A model generated the notes under the pieces. The model saw nothing but the letters and a program-made list of their open reading frames with translations, was not told where the DNA came from and did no database searches. From IMG/VR virus record IMGVR_UViG_3300033075_001228: DNA of 64,000 nucleotides; one strand, written 5' to 3'. The position numbers and the translations under genes were made by a program. This document shows, piece by piece, positions 48,501 to 58,229 of this stretch (positions are counted from its first letter, which is position 1; every line of letters begins with the position of its first letter). Source of the stretch: a virus. Lineage: Duplodnaviria; Caudoviricetes.

Positions 48501-49654
48501 GGAATGCAGTCGTTAACTTCTTCAAGGCAACCATTGAGCTGCTCATCTCGCCTTTTGTCAAGACGTGGAACGTCATCAAGGAGACATGGACAGCTGCTGC
48601 GACATGGTTTGACACAAACGTTGTCACCCCTGTGGTCGCAGTGTTTAAACAGGTGCCAACCTACATCAAGGAAAAATTTGCTGGTGCATGGATGAGCGTA
48701 AAGTCCGTGTGGACAGGCGTGACAACGTTTTTCACGGACAACGTTTGGTCGCCCATCAAAAAGGTGTTTGTCGGAGACGGAGAAGGAAACGGCGGCATCA
48801 TCGGCACGATCAAGGGAGCGTTCACTGGCGCCTGGGACGCTGTTAAGGAAGTCTTTAGCCTTAAGGCGATTAACGATCTCTTTGGCAAGGTTGTTACTGG
48901 TATCGCTAAGAAGCTTGATGAGCTCTTGAAGATTCCAGTCTTCTCTGAGATGATCGCTGTGGCCAAAAAGGTGTTTGACATCAAGAGCCCTTCAAGGGTA
49001 TTCATGAAGATCGGAAGCCAGCTGTCCGACGGCATGAGCCTTGGCCTTGCTGGGCTGCCAACAGAGGTCGGGAAGCGAATGAGCGAGGCTGCAAAGGTGG
49101 CTGCTAAAGGCGCAGCCCCAATCGCAGCCCAGGTCCAAAAAGCAACGCCACAAGACGTTAACGCTGCTCCGGGAGCAGCTGCGGTAAAGGGCGCTGCTGC
49201 GGTGGAGAAGCAGATGAGCGAGCTGCAGCAGAAGGCAGGTAGCATCACAGCTAACGCAAATGCGTTTGCCAACGCTGTCTCTAAGGGCGGCCTGGCGCCA
49301 GCCTTGAAGGCAGTCGAAGACATGGTCAAGCTCGTCAACCAGCTTAACGACACCCTCAACAACCTGCCAAAGATCGACATCAGCGCAAAGCTAGGTTCGG
49401 TTGCCAAGTCCGCTGGACTTGGTTCAAAGGGGTCATGGACGATCAAAAACAAGGAGGTTGTGCTTAACATCCACCTCAACGTGACAATGAACGTTGACGA
49501 GGTTGAAAAGGTCCTGATTCTAAGGAAGAACTCGTTGGTTCGTGACAGAATCAACCTCGCGCTAGACTCAGACAAGAACCTGCAGCCTGCCAAGCTGCCT
49601 GACAACCCGAACAGCCCAACACAGGTTCCGTTTGCTGCTTCCAAGGCTGAGTGA
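45521..49654 (+). CDS. Tape measure protein
   Basis: 1377 aa, Ala/Lys/Gly helical with periodic Trp/Phe repeats; lies between chaperone and baseplate genes. Confidence 0.88.
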   Translation: MATKEELSEQLAVTQKLAVAVESMARAMARVESSYDTQIASVEKLTRAIEQLRGVDLSGLNQTKLSNVQKEFRQSTKEVTTLSGRLKDLGNNMTKKFPVAAAATTAALSGFVQGLRNVVAVGKVTSGFLYGLVDTMGSVSASIIAIPFKMFNALVDTAAAAGGGMNELAQAIENLRKEMGDLKGPGAKAVIDTSKTLKGFSDTGLSTFRVFGTLAERLELVTKVAVAMGATFGTLRHEFESNGGALLAFQKALGVSEEGMKAIGDRAITVGKPMTKVFMDMTKQTLALGKAFDIDQKLIGKDMTKALLDVRHFGALTVKEIGQASVYARKLGIELDKIVGTLDAFETFDSAAENAAKLSQAFGVNIDAFKLMEAQNPAEQLDMLRKSFRSAGVDASQFTRQQAKLLAQTTNLDEATVRQAFSAKNYGVSLQDVRKKSEAAEKHALTQAEAMSKLADSIERMVKSGGGQEGGFWQMFIKGILGGLQSTKEFREIIWSIKRSLQLVYFEGVKLGKMLPKLIPDMGEFLKGIKEFFDPAKFTRLFGGITKAVTEFLSGKMDFKGLMDRLQKEFFSFFDSESPSGKKMLDSFKKIFQKLAKVTGEGIKWASDQIANGLKTLTEFLRDPSAFLAKASAGGSGAMKFAIETLTPIAEALKHAWKVLYPAFKELMIVVWGKVKGFFASSEFHGSITPMLPYIAGALFGPSLLKALTVAAISSLGKSVFGMITSVFTGPAAEKGAESAAKGLGRIFGKSFGSFGKFMGPIGIALAIADVSVNIKNAMDKFQADLAPKFGETEAKVGAGAAGIINALTLGLLPKNFQAKIAETIANLANKLFKAIEDYFGEKFTKRIKDYVSSTLDIFSSIGQLIKDIFAGNESGIADSLVVVGQKIIDKIGAEIMLMIELIPTLAVQMLKFGYKFLGSIFHVLSKVFAKGDKIPVFGWLFKALSKILNFMGDVYESVSVALGKLAGLFKENGVLGTIGGVFTSIWNSIKAGWNAVVNFFKATIELLISPFVKTWNVIKETWTAAATWFDTNVVTPVVAVFKQVPTYIKEKFAGAWMSVKSVWTGVTTFFTDNVWSPIKKVFVGDGEGNGGIIGTIKGAFTGAWDAVKEVFSLKAINDLFGKVVTGIAKKLDELLKIPVFSEMIAVAKKVFDIKSPSRVFMKIGSQLSDGMSLGLAGLPTEVGKRMSEAAKVAAKGAAPIAAQVQKATPQDVNAAPGAAAVKGAAAVEKQMSELQQKAGSITANANAFANAVSKGGLAPALKAVEDMVKLVNQLNDTLNNLPKIDISAKLGSVAKSAGLGSKGSWTIKNKEVVLNIHLNVTMNVDEVEKVLILRKNSLVRDRINLALDSDKNLQPAKLPDNPNSPTQVPFAASKAE

Positions 49655-49672
49655 TGCAGGATAGATTGAGCC

Positions 49673-49948
49673 ATGCTGTCAAAGAAAGAACTCATCAAGC
49701 GTTTAAGAAATGACCCGATGTACCTTGAGGCCCTTAAGATGGCCCAAACAGACGAGGAACGTCGCCGCATTATCGCCCTCACGGAAGGGTTTTTGTCAAG
49801 CTTTGTTGACTCAATGACGCCGCTCGCTGCTAAGGCAGCTAGCGATCCTGCATACGCTGAAAAACTTCGTGAGGCTCTAAGGACGCCCGGTCGTTTAATT
49901 AACGAGAGCGACGGCAACGTTGTTGACGATCAAAAGGCAAAGGGCTGA
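49673..49948 (+). CDS. Hypothetical protein
   Basis: 91 aa; TGATG overlap with the next gene. Confidence 0.65.
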   Translation: MLSKKELIKRLRNDPMYLEALKMAQTDEERRRIIALTEGFLSSFVDSMTPLAAKAASDPAYAEKLREALRTPGRLINESDGNVVDDQKAKG

Positions 49949-52900
49949 TGGCAGGTACCAACACGGGCGACGGCGGTTTTGAGATAGACGGCAAAGTTTA
50001 TAGCTTTGACGTGGGGGAGCTTGACGCCCCGGGCATTGAGCCAACAAACGAGGACAACGGCGACCTAAAGGTAGACAAGACTGTCAAGGACATCAGCAAA
50101 AAGACAAAGGTTACGTTAGGCACGTACTTAAGCCAGGCCACGAAGGGCGGTCATGGGTATGCATTAGGCACACCCAACGCATTTACTGTTGATCCTCCCT
50201 CAGATCCGGATAAGCCAAACGAGTTAAACACAAACGACGAAAAGGGCATGCCGGTTTCTCCGACGCCAACGACCAACAGCAGCCGTTACGTCGAAGCAGG
50301 ACCAAGGGCGCCGCAGGGAATCGGTGGCGTTGTTTTTGACTCTCCTGACCTGCGGGCGTCCGAGACGGCGTCACCAGACCCTGCTGCCTCGTTAACAACG
50401 TTGGGAAAAGGCAAGCAAGGTAAGCAGGTCGACGGCCACTCCCTTCTGCTAAACGTTTCCAAGGACCAAACGCCTGAGCCGATAGAAACGTACAGGTCGA
50501 CAGTGTTGACGACAAATCGTTTTACGTCTGCCGCCAGGATGTCGGAAAACAACAGCTACAGGATCGGAGACAGGACATATAACTCTGGCCACCTTAAACA
50601 GGTCGGGGTGATGCTGTCGTTGAGGGCCAGCCAGGAATTTCCCGCGGCGTTTAGCGAAAACGTTAACCCAGTCGCTGCAGCGTCTGTCATCGGTGCAATG
50701 TTGCCTAGCCCGGCCCAGCTCGGCGTGCTGAAGGTTCCAAACCTTTTGCTTGAGGCGCAAGATGCGTTAAAAAACCTGTCGATTTCCCCATATGAAACGG
50801 CAAAAGAACCGACAGTTGTTGAGATCTCTCCTTTGAACGGTCAGTCATGGGGTGCATTAAACAACGTGGAAGAGCCCTGGTCAGGAACGTTAAACCTTGG
50901 CATGGTCGCCACTGCCCTTGCGCTTCAGGTTGCGTTGCTTCTGGCGTTTGAAGGTTTGGGCGCAATGATCGGATTGATCGGCAACGGCGGCGGTCCCCCG
51001 GCGGCAGCAAGAAACCCAAATGGGTCATACACAAAAGGCAGCTACTACGCTGTGCCTACCGCTGACCCAAACAACGTCGGTTTTCCGCCAAACATCATGG
51101 CGTTGCTAGGGATTCACGGAACAAGGTTCCCGTTTGGCGATGCCCTTAGGGTGGGCACAGCAGCCTTTTTTGTCGGCGGCGATCGTGCAAAAGAGGGCGT
51201 CGGCAGCCAAATTGGCGGTGCGCTGTCGTCTGCAGTCACGGGGGCGTTGGCCGATAACTCTTCAGCCGGTCACCTGATCATCGTTTCTCGATTGATCATT
51301 CGGACAGGGCAGGCGATCGCTGCTCAGGTAGAAAAGATTGCGAATGCGTTTGTTTCAAACCCGATCTCTGGGACAAAGGGGATCATGGGTCTGATTGACA
51401 TAATCAAGCAATCAAAGCTGATCGCAGCCATCAACATCTTTACTGTTTTGGGCGATGCAATCCTTAGCGAAGACACCTTTAGCAAGGACACAGCAGGACC
51501 TACAGAAAAAGGCATGCATTCGACCATAGATTCGATACCTCCTGATGCTGCTGGAGCGAGCGTTAAGAAGAGCAGGCTTAAGAAGGCAAACGATCCAGTC
51601 GGTAACTCGCTTAAGCTTGCGTGGGCATCAAACAGGGCCCCGACGTCATACCTCATTCCAGAGTCAGTTGCCACCATGGCGCTTGCTGACGCCAAGCTCG
51701 GCGGGTTTAGAGGACCGTTCGGCGCGCAAGATCCAGACAGCAAAAGCCAGCTCATGGTGCAGACTGAGGCTGACCGTGTGTTGGCGGGCGCTCGCATACC
51801 GCGTGCCTCCACGACCCCTGGTGGGTTAGATGTCAAAAAGATCGAGTCGATGCTTGACTCTGAGTACATGCCCTTTTACTTCCATGACCTTCGGACAAAC
51901 GAGATCATCGGATTTCATGCGTTTCTAGCTTCCTTGTCAGATGATTTTACGGCAAGCTGGGAAACAACAGACGCATACGGACGTGTTGATCCGATCAAGG
52001 TCTACAAGAGCACCGTTCGTAGGATCGGGATGAGCTTTTACGTTGTCGCGACAGACGAAAAAGACTTTGATGAAATGTGGATCAAGATCAATAAGCTTGT
52101 TACGTTGTTGTACCCACAGTACACGAAGGGCCGCACGTTGACAGATGGAACAAATACGTCGTTCGTGCAGCCTTTCAGCCAGCTCATTGGGTCTAGCCCG
52201 TTAATTCGTATTCGTCTTGGTGACCTAATCAGGTCAAACTACTCACGGTTTGCGCTAGCCAGGCTGTTTGGCGCAGCTGACGGCGACATGAAGCTTAGCG
52301 GCCAAGCCATTAAATTCGAAGGTGCCCAGGGCATTGTCTCAGATCCCTCATCTGCCAAACAGGTCACTGACATCATAAACGCAGCACAGGCTGACCTTAG
52401 CAACACATATCACCTGACGTCAGCAGGATGGGCGTCTGCGATGGAACCCTTAGGCTCTGGGATGGCTGCGGGTGCAGCAGGACCCTCGTCCCCAGACCAA
52501 GCGCCAACGATGAAGATCGATGAAGGAGACCTGCCTTACTTTGAGTTTAAGATCAAGAAGCCGTTAGGCAACGGAATGGTTGCTGTTGAACCCACGGTCA
52601 TCTCTGCGACAGATCTTGTCGACAGGTATGGGTTTGAAACCTATGGTGCCACGCTTCAATACAACATCCTAACTGACAGGTACAACAACAAAGACAACCT
52701 GTCGACAAAGGTGGTCGGCGGGACGATCGGCTATGCAGTTCCTCAACATGCGCTTCGCCTGACGCCAAAGTCATTGAACAAGGTGTTTGCTGGCAAGCCT
52801 GGGATCGCTAACGCAGTTCAGAACATCGACCAGCTGTCAGCGTTCCTTGACATTGAGAAAAATGCGCTTGTCAAGTCATTTCGGGCGATACAAGGTAAAG

Positions 52901-53124
52901 GCCTTGCTGGGGTGATCGAAACGATGAGCTTTGACTGGTACGACAAGGTGCAGTGGGACATAAGGCCTGAACATCGTGCGCCAAAGACATGTAAGGTTAC
53001 GTTGACATTCGCACCCATCCATGACATCTCCCCAGGCATCGATCACCTTGGTTACAACAGGTCACCTGTTTACCCCGTCGGTGGTGCGATGGGCCAGGGT
53101 TTTGATCCAGACAAATCTACGTAA
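49948..53124 (+). CDS. Large baseplate protein with tube-initiator-like (gp48/gp54-like) domain
   Basis: YMPFYFHDLR..., W..TDAYGRVDPIKVYKST.R.IGMSF, PLIRIRLGD, CKVTLTF.PIH. Confidence 0.65.
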   Translation: MAGTNTGDGGFEIDGKVYSFDVGELDAPGIEPTNEDNGDLKVDKTVKDISKKTKVTLGTYLSQATKGGHGYALGTPNAFTVDPPSDPDKPNELNTNDEKGMPVSPTPTTNSSRYVEAGPRAPQGIGGVVFDSPDLRASETASPDPAASLTTLGKGKQGKQVDGHSLLLNVSKDQTPEPIETYRSTVLTTNRFTSAARMSENNSYRIGDRTYNSGHLKQVGVMLSLRASQEFPAAFSENVNPVAAASVIGAMLPSPAQLGVLKVPNLLLEAQDALKNLSISPYETAKEPTVVEISPLNGQSWGALNNVEEPWSGTLNLGMVATALALQVALLLAFEGLGAMIGLIGNGGGPPAAARNPNGSYTKGSYYAVPTADPNNVGFPPNIMALLGIHGTRFPFGDALRVGTAAFFVGGDRAKEGVGSQIGGALSSAVTGALADNSSAGHLIIVSRLIIRTGQAIAAQVEKIANAFVSNPISGTKGIMGLIDIIKQSKLIAAINIFTVLGDAILSEDTFSKDTAGPTEKGMHSTIDSIPPDAAGASVKKSRLKKANDPVGNSLKLAWASNRAPTSYLIPESVATMALADAKLGGFRGPFGAQDPDSKSQLMVQTEADRVLAGARIPRASTTPGGLDVKKIESMLDSEYMPFYFHDLRTNEIIGFHAFLASLSDDFTASWETTDAYGRVDPIKVYKSTVRRIGMSFYVVATDEKDFDEMWIKINKLVTLLYPQYTKGRTLTDGTNTSFVQPFSQLIGSSPLIRIRLGDLIRSNYSRFALARLFGAADGDMKLSGQAIKFEGAQGIVSDPSSAKQVTDIINAAQADLSNTYHLTSAGWASAMEPLGSGMAAGAAGPSSPDQAPTMKIDEGDLPYFEFKIKKPLGNGMVAVEPTVISATDLVDRYGFETYGATLQYNILTDRYNNKDNLSTKVVGGTIGYAVPQHALRLTPKSLNKVFAGKPGIANAVQNIDQLSAFLDIEKNALVKSFRAIQGKGLAGVIETMSFDWYDKVQWDIRPEHRAPKTCKVTLTFAPIHDISPGIDHLGYNRSPVYPVGGAMGQGFDPDKST

Positions 53125-53134
53125 GGCGTAAACA

Positions 53135-53431
53135 ATGGCAGTCAGCAGGTATTCACGAACACCAAGGCTCGATCTAGGCGCTCAGCTCGGAACGTCTGTC
53201 GCGGTCCAGAACATTCGATCTGCGATCAAGGATAACCAGATCCCAGTCAAGACGATCTTGCTTCGTGGGGCTGAGCGGTTAGACACGATCGCTGGTTCAG
53301 TTTACGGTGATTCACGGTATTGGTGGGTCCTGGCCGCGGCAAGCAACATCGGCTGGGGGCTTCAGGTTCCTCCAGGCACGATCATCAACATTCCTGATTT
53401 GGCTGCTGTCATTAAGATTGTGACGGGATGA
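53135..53431 (+). CDS. LysM-like baseplate protein (gp53/protein X-like)
   Basis: ERLDTIAGSVYGDSRYWWVLAAASNI...PGTIINIP. Confidence 0.85.
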   Translation: MAVSRYSRTPRLDLGAQLGTSVAVQNIRSAIKDNQIPVKTILLRGAERLDTIAGSVYGDSRYWWVLAAASNIGWGLQVPPGTIINIPDLAAVIKIVTG

Positions 53432-53434
53432 CAC

Positions 53435-56335
53435 ATGGCTGAAGACGTAACAACGCTTGACAGCATCTTTAGGATGATCACGCCCGCGGATCTGCTAGGG
53501 GCGCAAAAGCTTTCGTTGGGTAAGAAGGTTCCTTTGAGCATTCTACGAGAGCTGCTAGACATCGTTTTTAGCCTCGACGGCGCGCAAAACGTTGACAAGA
53601 TGTCAGAGTCGTTAGACGCCTTGCAAAAGAAGGTGACGGATCCAGCCGCTGCAGACCAATTCAAACGGATCATCCATTTTTACAAGACTGGTCAACCGTG
53701 TGCTGCGTTTGGCGACGCACCTTTTATGGCGCTTGACAGCGACGGAAAGAGCCCGATAAACAAGGTCACGTTTGACCAGATCGTTGGTAAAAACGTCAAG
53801 CTGTCTCCCAAAAAGAGCATGGGCATCATGCTGTGTAACTCTGGGTTTTTAAGTCCATCGGTTCGAAACGCTGAGCGCGTCGAGCTGTTCATGAACTTCC
53901 TGCCTAGCGTCGTTGCTTCACGTCTCACGCCCCTGCTCGAGGTTGAGTTTGCGTTTAACAGAAGCGTGCCAGAGCCAAAGGTTGCGCAGCCTCACATGTG
54001 GTCGCCAGGGTTGATGAAGTTTTTGTTAGGAGGTGATCAAAGCGCAGTGGCAGATCCTAACTCACCGTCGGCGACAATGCTTGGCCTACGAGAAACGCAT
54101 GACAAGGACAACAAACAGCTACACTCAATAGCTGGAATGGAGATGTTTACGTCGCCGCAGACGTTGGTCAACGTTTCGCCGGCTGCTAACGCCGGCAGGT
54201 ATGTTGACGTGTTAGATCCGTTTCGGCCATTGATGTCTATCGAAAGCTTTTCTGTAAACGTTGCGCCAACAGTTGGCCTTTATTCGTACAAGAAAGCAAC
54301 GCTTGTTTTTAAGCTTCATGACCGCACAAGGCTGTCAGAGATCGCAGACCTTGTGCGTCCCCAGGTATACCAAGACAGCTCTTCAGCACCAACGATCTGG
54401 ATCACATATGGGTGGCGCCACCCGTCCGAACCGGGAAACCCGTATGCAGACTTCATCAACGGCAACATGTTGGTGCGAGAGGCATACGGAATCATCAACA
54501 CACAGTTTTCGTTTGACCAGGTAGGCCAGGTGACGCTGACAATGTCGCTGTGGACGAAAGGCTTGCCTGAGATGCGGACGATGAACGTCAACGATGACGG
54601 TTCGTTGCAGGTCGTGAAGGAGATCAGGGACATCGCCCAGCAGGTCGCTCGCTACCGTAACGCGCTGGGCATAGGCCCAGTTGAAGGCGTAAACAAGGAA
54701 GTTCGTGGGTTTTTGCTTCTAGAGGCAGCTGAACGCGGATCATTTCCTGACATGTCGACAGACGACATCAAAAAGGCGCTTGATTCGCTGAAGTCAAGCC
54801 TTCGTGCACCTAACGCAAAGCTAGACAAGCAGGCAGCTGACGGCCTTTTGAAGGAGCTCAACAAGCTCTATAACCCTTCCGATAAAAGCTACCTTGACTA
54901 CAAGAAAAGGCTTGAGTCACAAGCGACAAACGTGACTAACGCTAGGTTTGCGGAGGTGATGAACGGCCCTGACCCATTTTTGCCGTCAGCTGCAAAGAAC
55001 GCAAAGAAACAGGCTGAGTCAAAGTCTGAGCCGCACCCGTTGACAACGTTGGTTGAGACGTTGAACGCCTACGCAAGCGACAACGACGTTAAGACCATGG
55101 TCAACCCAACCAACAAGTCAACGTCAGCGTTCAGAAAGAAAGCTGTTTCATTTGGCAAATTAGTGTCTGTCTTCACCGCCAATACGTTTAAGCAAATCGA
55201 TGAAATCGACGAGCTGCAGCTGTTTTTCTATCAGTTTAACGACCAGGCTGGAGCATGCGCTAGCGTTAACATCGCTGAGTTTCCTATTGAGATGCCAGTC
55301 TTTCTTGACCAATACCGCGATCACGTTGAACGAAAAGGATCAGAACGTGTAACGCTTGAGGAGTTTTTGCGGCTGGTCATCGATGCCCAGCTACATGACA
55401 CCCGTGCAATCGGCTACGGATTTAGGCAGTACTTTGCGCCGTATGACCCAGCGAACAAGCAGGACGCCAAGCTGAAGAAAGGGATCAATCCTGAACAGCT
55501 AGAGCTTGCGAGGGCGCAGTTTCGCATGCCGACGATCGAGGTGTACGTAGAGACAGTCTATTCGTCAACAGCGACAAACGACGTTGATAAGCTACATCAG
55601 TTTGAGGCGTCACCAAGCGTTTCAGGGTTTGCAAACGGCGGACGTGCAAGGCAATACGTTCGTATCATGCGTGTCCATATCTTTGACAAGAGCAACAATC
55701 CATACAAGCTGGCTGACGCTGTGCTACAGTCTGACGACAAGCTTTCGTTTGTGGAGGTTGACAACGCATACCTTCGCCAGCAGGTCCAGGACAAAAAGAA
55801 GACAGCCTCAGACGTATGGGCATCGTTGCTTAAAACGTTGACGCCAGATGCCAAGATCGATAGAACGAAAAACGGCAACGTTAGCAACCAACAGATCAAA
55901 GACTTTGTTTCAAAGATGGTTCCTACGATTGTGTATGGAGGCAATGCATCTAGCATCATCAACGCAAACCTTGCATCAAAACAGGATCCGTTGCTCGCTA
56001 CTACGCAGATGCAGGCCCAGGCTAAAGGCGCCGGCCAGCCTCAAGCGCTTCAAAGCAACGGCTCAGACGTCGGCGGCTTGCCGCTGAGGATCGTGCCTGC
56101 GTCCATGTCATTGACAACGTTTGGGTGCCCGCTGCTGATGTTTGGGCAGATGTTTTTCATTGACTTTAACACCGGAACAACAGTCGACAACATCTACGGA
56201 CTGACAGGCATCACGCACACGCTGACGCCTGGAAAGTTTGAATCAAACATGACATTGACGTTTGCTGATGCATACGGAAAGTTCTTTGGGGCACCGACCA
56301 TCATTGACTACGTTAAGTCTATGCAGGTGCCTTAG
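53435..56335 (+). CDS. Baseplate hub protein (gp27-like)
   Basis: ITYGW, FSFDQVGQV, SLTTFGCPLL.FGQ.FFIDF, YG.TGITHTLTPGKFES; follows the LysM gene. Confidence 0.7.
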   Translation: MAEDVTTLDSIFRMITPADLLGAQKLSLGKKVPLSILRELLDIVFSLDGAQNVDKMSESLDALQKKVTDPAAADQFKRIIHFYKTGQPCAAFGDAPFMALDSDGKSPINKVTFDQIVGKNVKLSPKKSMGIMLCNSGFLSPSVRNAERVELFMNFLPSVVASRLTPLLEVEFAFNRSVPEPKVAQPHMWSPGLMKFLLGGDQSAVADPNSPSATMLGLRETHDKDNKQLHSIAGMEMFTSPQTLVNVSPAANAGRYVDVLDPFRPLMSIESFSVNVAPTVGLYSYKKATLVFKLHDRTRLSEIADLVRPQVYQDSSSAPTIWITYGWRHPSEPGNPYADFINGNMLVREAYGIINTQFSFDQVGQVTLTMSLWTKGLPEMRTMNVNDDGSLQVVKEIRDIAQQVARYRNALGIGPVEGVNKEVRGFLLLEAAERGSFPDMSTDDIKKALDSLKSSLRAPNAKLDKQAADGLLKELNKLYNPSDKSYLDYKKRLESQATNVTNARFAEVMNGPDPFLPSAAKNAKKQAESKSEPHPLTTLVETLNAYASDNDVKTMVNPTNKSTSAFRKKAVSFGKLVSVFTANTFKQIDEIDELQLFFYQFNDQAGACASVNIAEFPIEMPVFLDQYRDHVERKGSERVTLEEFLRLVIDAQLHDTRAIGYGFRQYFAPYDPANKQDAKLKKGINPEQLELARAQFRMPTIEVYVETVYSSTATNDVDKLHQFEASPSVSGFANGGRARQYVRIMRVHIFDKSNNPYKLADAVLQSDDKLSFVEVDNAYLRQQVQDKKKTASDVWASLLKTLTPDAKIDRTKNGNVSNQQIKDFVSKMVPTIVYGGNASSIINANLASKQDPLLATTQMQAQAKGAGQPQALQSNGSDVGGLPLRIVPASMSLTTFGCPLLMFGQMFFIDFNTGTTVDNIYGLTGITHTLTPGKFESNMTLTFADAYGKFFGAPTIIDYVKSMQVP

Positions 56336-56371
56336 TTGTAAACGTTCTGCAGCGGATCGTATTGTCTATTC

Positions 56372-57601
56372 GTGGAGTTTTGCGTTGACTCCAAGGTGTT
56401 AGGAACAAAGAGCCACCTCATGTGGTCTCCTGAGGGATGCGCTTGGCTTGGCGAGGTGCCAAAAAACTGCTGGCACTTTAGCGGCAATGTCAAGCCGCTG
56501 AACGATTGGTGCATGGACTCGCTGCTGCGACTCGGTCAGGTAGACATAGGTTGCAACCCGCCAGAAAGGTACGTAAGGGTGATGCAACAGGTGGCGCCAT
56601 CGTTGCAAAACCCTCCGTGGGTCCACTGCATGCCAGCCGAGGCTCACCGTGCCTTTGTGAAAAACTTGTTAGCCAGGCTGGCTGATTCCCTTGTAGGCCT
56701 ACCGATCAATTATTTCCGAGACACCTGGGTGCCTGGAAACGAGGTCATGAGGGCATTGAAACCTGCGTTCATAAAATCAGCCAGGCTTGAGGAGCTAGTC
56801 AGGTTGAACGTCGGTAACGTTCAAGCGATCAAAACGTTTGCGCCGACCAGCGTAGCAGGGTTTGCAGAGCAGGTCACATACGACAGGTTTGGAACATTGA
56901 CTGGAAGGCTTACGGTCTCCTCGGGGCCTCACATCTTGACGTTAAAGCGTGAACATCGTGACATAATCGCTCCTTCAACCACAAGGGGAAGCATCATGTC
57001 GATCGACTTTGCTGCGTTGGAGGCGCGCATTTTGCTGTATGAAGCCGGGCATCGCTGCGACAAGGTTGACCTTTACGGTTCAATCGCTGCTGAGCTTGGC
57101 TACGATCGGAAAGCCGTTAAGGGTGCAGTCATAAGCGAGCTGTATGGAAGCTCAAAGCAGGCGTTAGGCGAGGCGCTAGGCATCAGCGGAAAAGAGCTTG
57201 ATTCGTTTGTGAAAAGGGTTAGGAACCATTTCAACGTTCAAGACCTCATGAAGCGGATCAAGGAGCAGTTTTTGCAGACAGGAAGGATCAACAATCGTTA
57301 TGGACGTCCAATCACGATTGACGAACCGCTTCCTCACATCTTCAAAAACTACTATGCGCAATCAACCGGTGTAGACGTGTCTTTGTTGGGCTTCAAACAG
57401 GTGATTGACCATCTGGCGCTTGTTACGCCGGATGTTAGGCCTCTGTTTTTGCTTCACGATGCGTTGTTTCTTGACGTACCGGCGCGATGTGTTGATGACG
57501 TCATGAAGGTGGGTCCCGTCACCGTCCCGGGGTACGTCCAAGCCTTCCAGCTTAAGGTTGAACGGTTGGTTTGTACACAGGAACAACGTGCAATAGCATG
57601 A
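56372..57601 (+). CDS. polA: Minimal family A DNA polymerase (polymerase domain only)
   Basis: TLTGRL, motif A IDFAALEARIL, motif B RKAVKGAVISELYG, NYYAQS, motif C LLHDAL. Confidence 0.8.
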   Translation: MEFCVDSKVLGTKSHLMWSPEGCAWLGEVPKNCWHFSGNVKPLNDWCMDSLLRLGQVDIGCNPPERYVRVMQQVAPSLQNPPWVHCMPAEAHRAFVKNLLARLADSLVGLPINYFRDTWVPGNEVMRALKPAFIKSARLEELVRLNVGNVQAIKTFAPTSVAGFAEQVTYDRFGTLTGRLTVSSGPHILTLKREHRDIIAPSTTRGSIMSIDFAALEARILLYEAGHRCDKVDLYGSIAAELGYDRKAVKGAVISELYGSSKQALGEALGISGKELDSFVKRVRNHFNVQDLMKRIKEQFLQTGRINNRYGRPITIDEPLPHIFKNYYAQSTGVDVSLLGFKQVIDHLALVTPDVRPLFLLHDALFLDVPARCVDDVMKVGPVTVPGYVQAFQLKVERLVCTQEQRAIA

Positions 57602-57606
57602 TCAAT

Positions 57607-58197
57607 ATGTCATTGACGCCTGAAGAGATTGAGAAAAACTGGCAGAGAATGCTAATGTTGCTAGGCAAGCTAGGAGATCGTTCTAGCGTTGCTATTGCAA
57701 TGGTCGAAGCGTTGGGCGAACGGTTAGCGTTGTGTCCTGCGTCTGCAAGACGTGATTACCACAACGCATTTCCCGGTGGGCTGGTTGATCACTCGCTTCG
57801 GGTGTTGATGAACGCTCGCTTGCTTGCTGGAGCGTTTTCTTGGGACCTTCCTAAGGAATCATTGATCGTTGGGTGTCTTTTTCATGACCTTGGAAAGGTC
57901 GGGGACCACGAGAACGACTACTACATTCCACAGACTGATCAATGGCGAGCCGACAAGCTAGGTGAGGAATACACCTACAACAAAGACATCCAATACATGA
58001 CAGTGCCTGACAGAGGGATCTTTCTCTGCCAGCACTTTGGATTGAAGCTTTCACAGGATGAGATGCTGGCTATCAAGCTAAACGACGGACAGTATGCAGA
58101 CGAAAATGCAGCATACAAGCTCAAGGAACCCAAGCTAGCAGACGTCGTTCACATGGCAGATCTCATCTCAACGAAGCAAGAAAAGGGGCTTTATTGA
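57607..58197 (+). CDS. HD-domain phosphohydrolase (YhaM-like)
   Basis: YHNAFPGGLVDHSL, LFHDLGK, HMAD. Confidence 0.85.
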   Translation: MSLTPEEIEKNWQRMLMLLGKLGDRSSVAIAMVEALGERLALCPASARRDYHNAFPGGLVDHSLRVLMNARLLAGAFSWDLPKESLIVGCLFHDLGKVGDHENDYYIPQTDQWRADKLGEEYTYNKDIQYMTVPDRGIFLCQHFGLKLSQDEMLAIKLNDGQYADENAAYKLKEPKLADVVHMADLISTKQEKGLY

Positions 58198-58229
58198 CCC
58201 AAACTAAGCGAGGTGTCAATATTTATGAC

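Noticed and set aside
48661-49917. 418-aa minus-strand ORF
   Set aside because: Antisense to the tape measure gene and the next gene; no motifs or expression signals.
30653-56335. Bacterial contractile injection system or tailocin locus
   Set aside because: Contiguous with portal, protease, capsid and phage replication genes, so it is a phage tail.
56372-58197. PolA plus HD protein as a 2-aminoadenine (Z-genome) DpoZ/DatZ pair
   Set aside because: The HD motif is YhaM-like (HxxxxGGLxxH), the PolA is minimal, and no purZ or mazZ is in the window.
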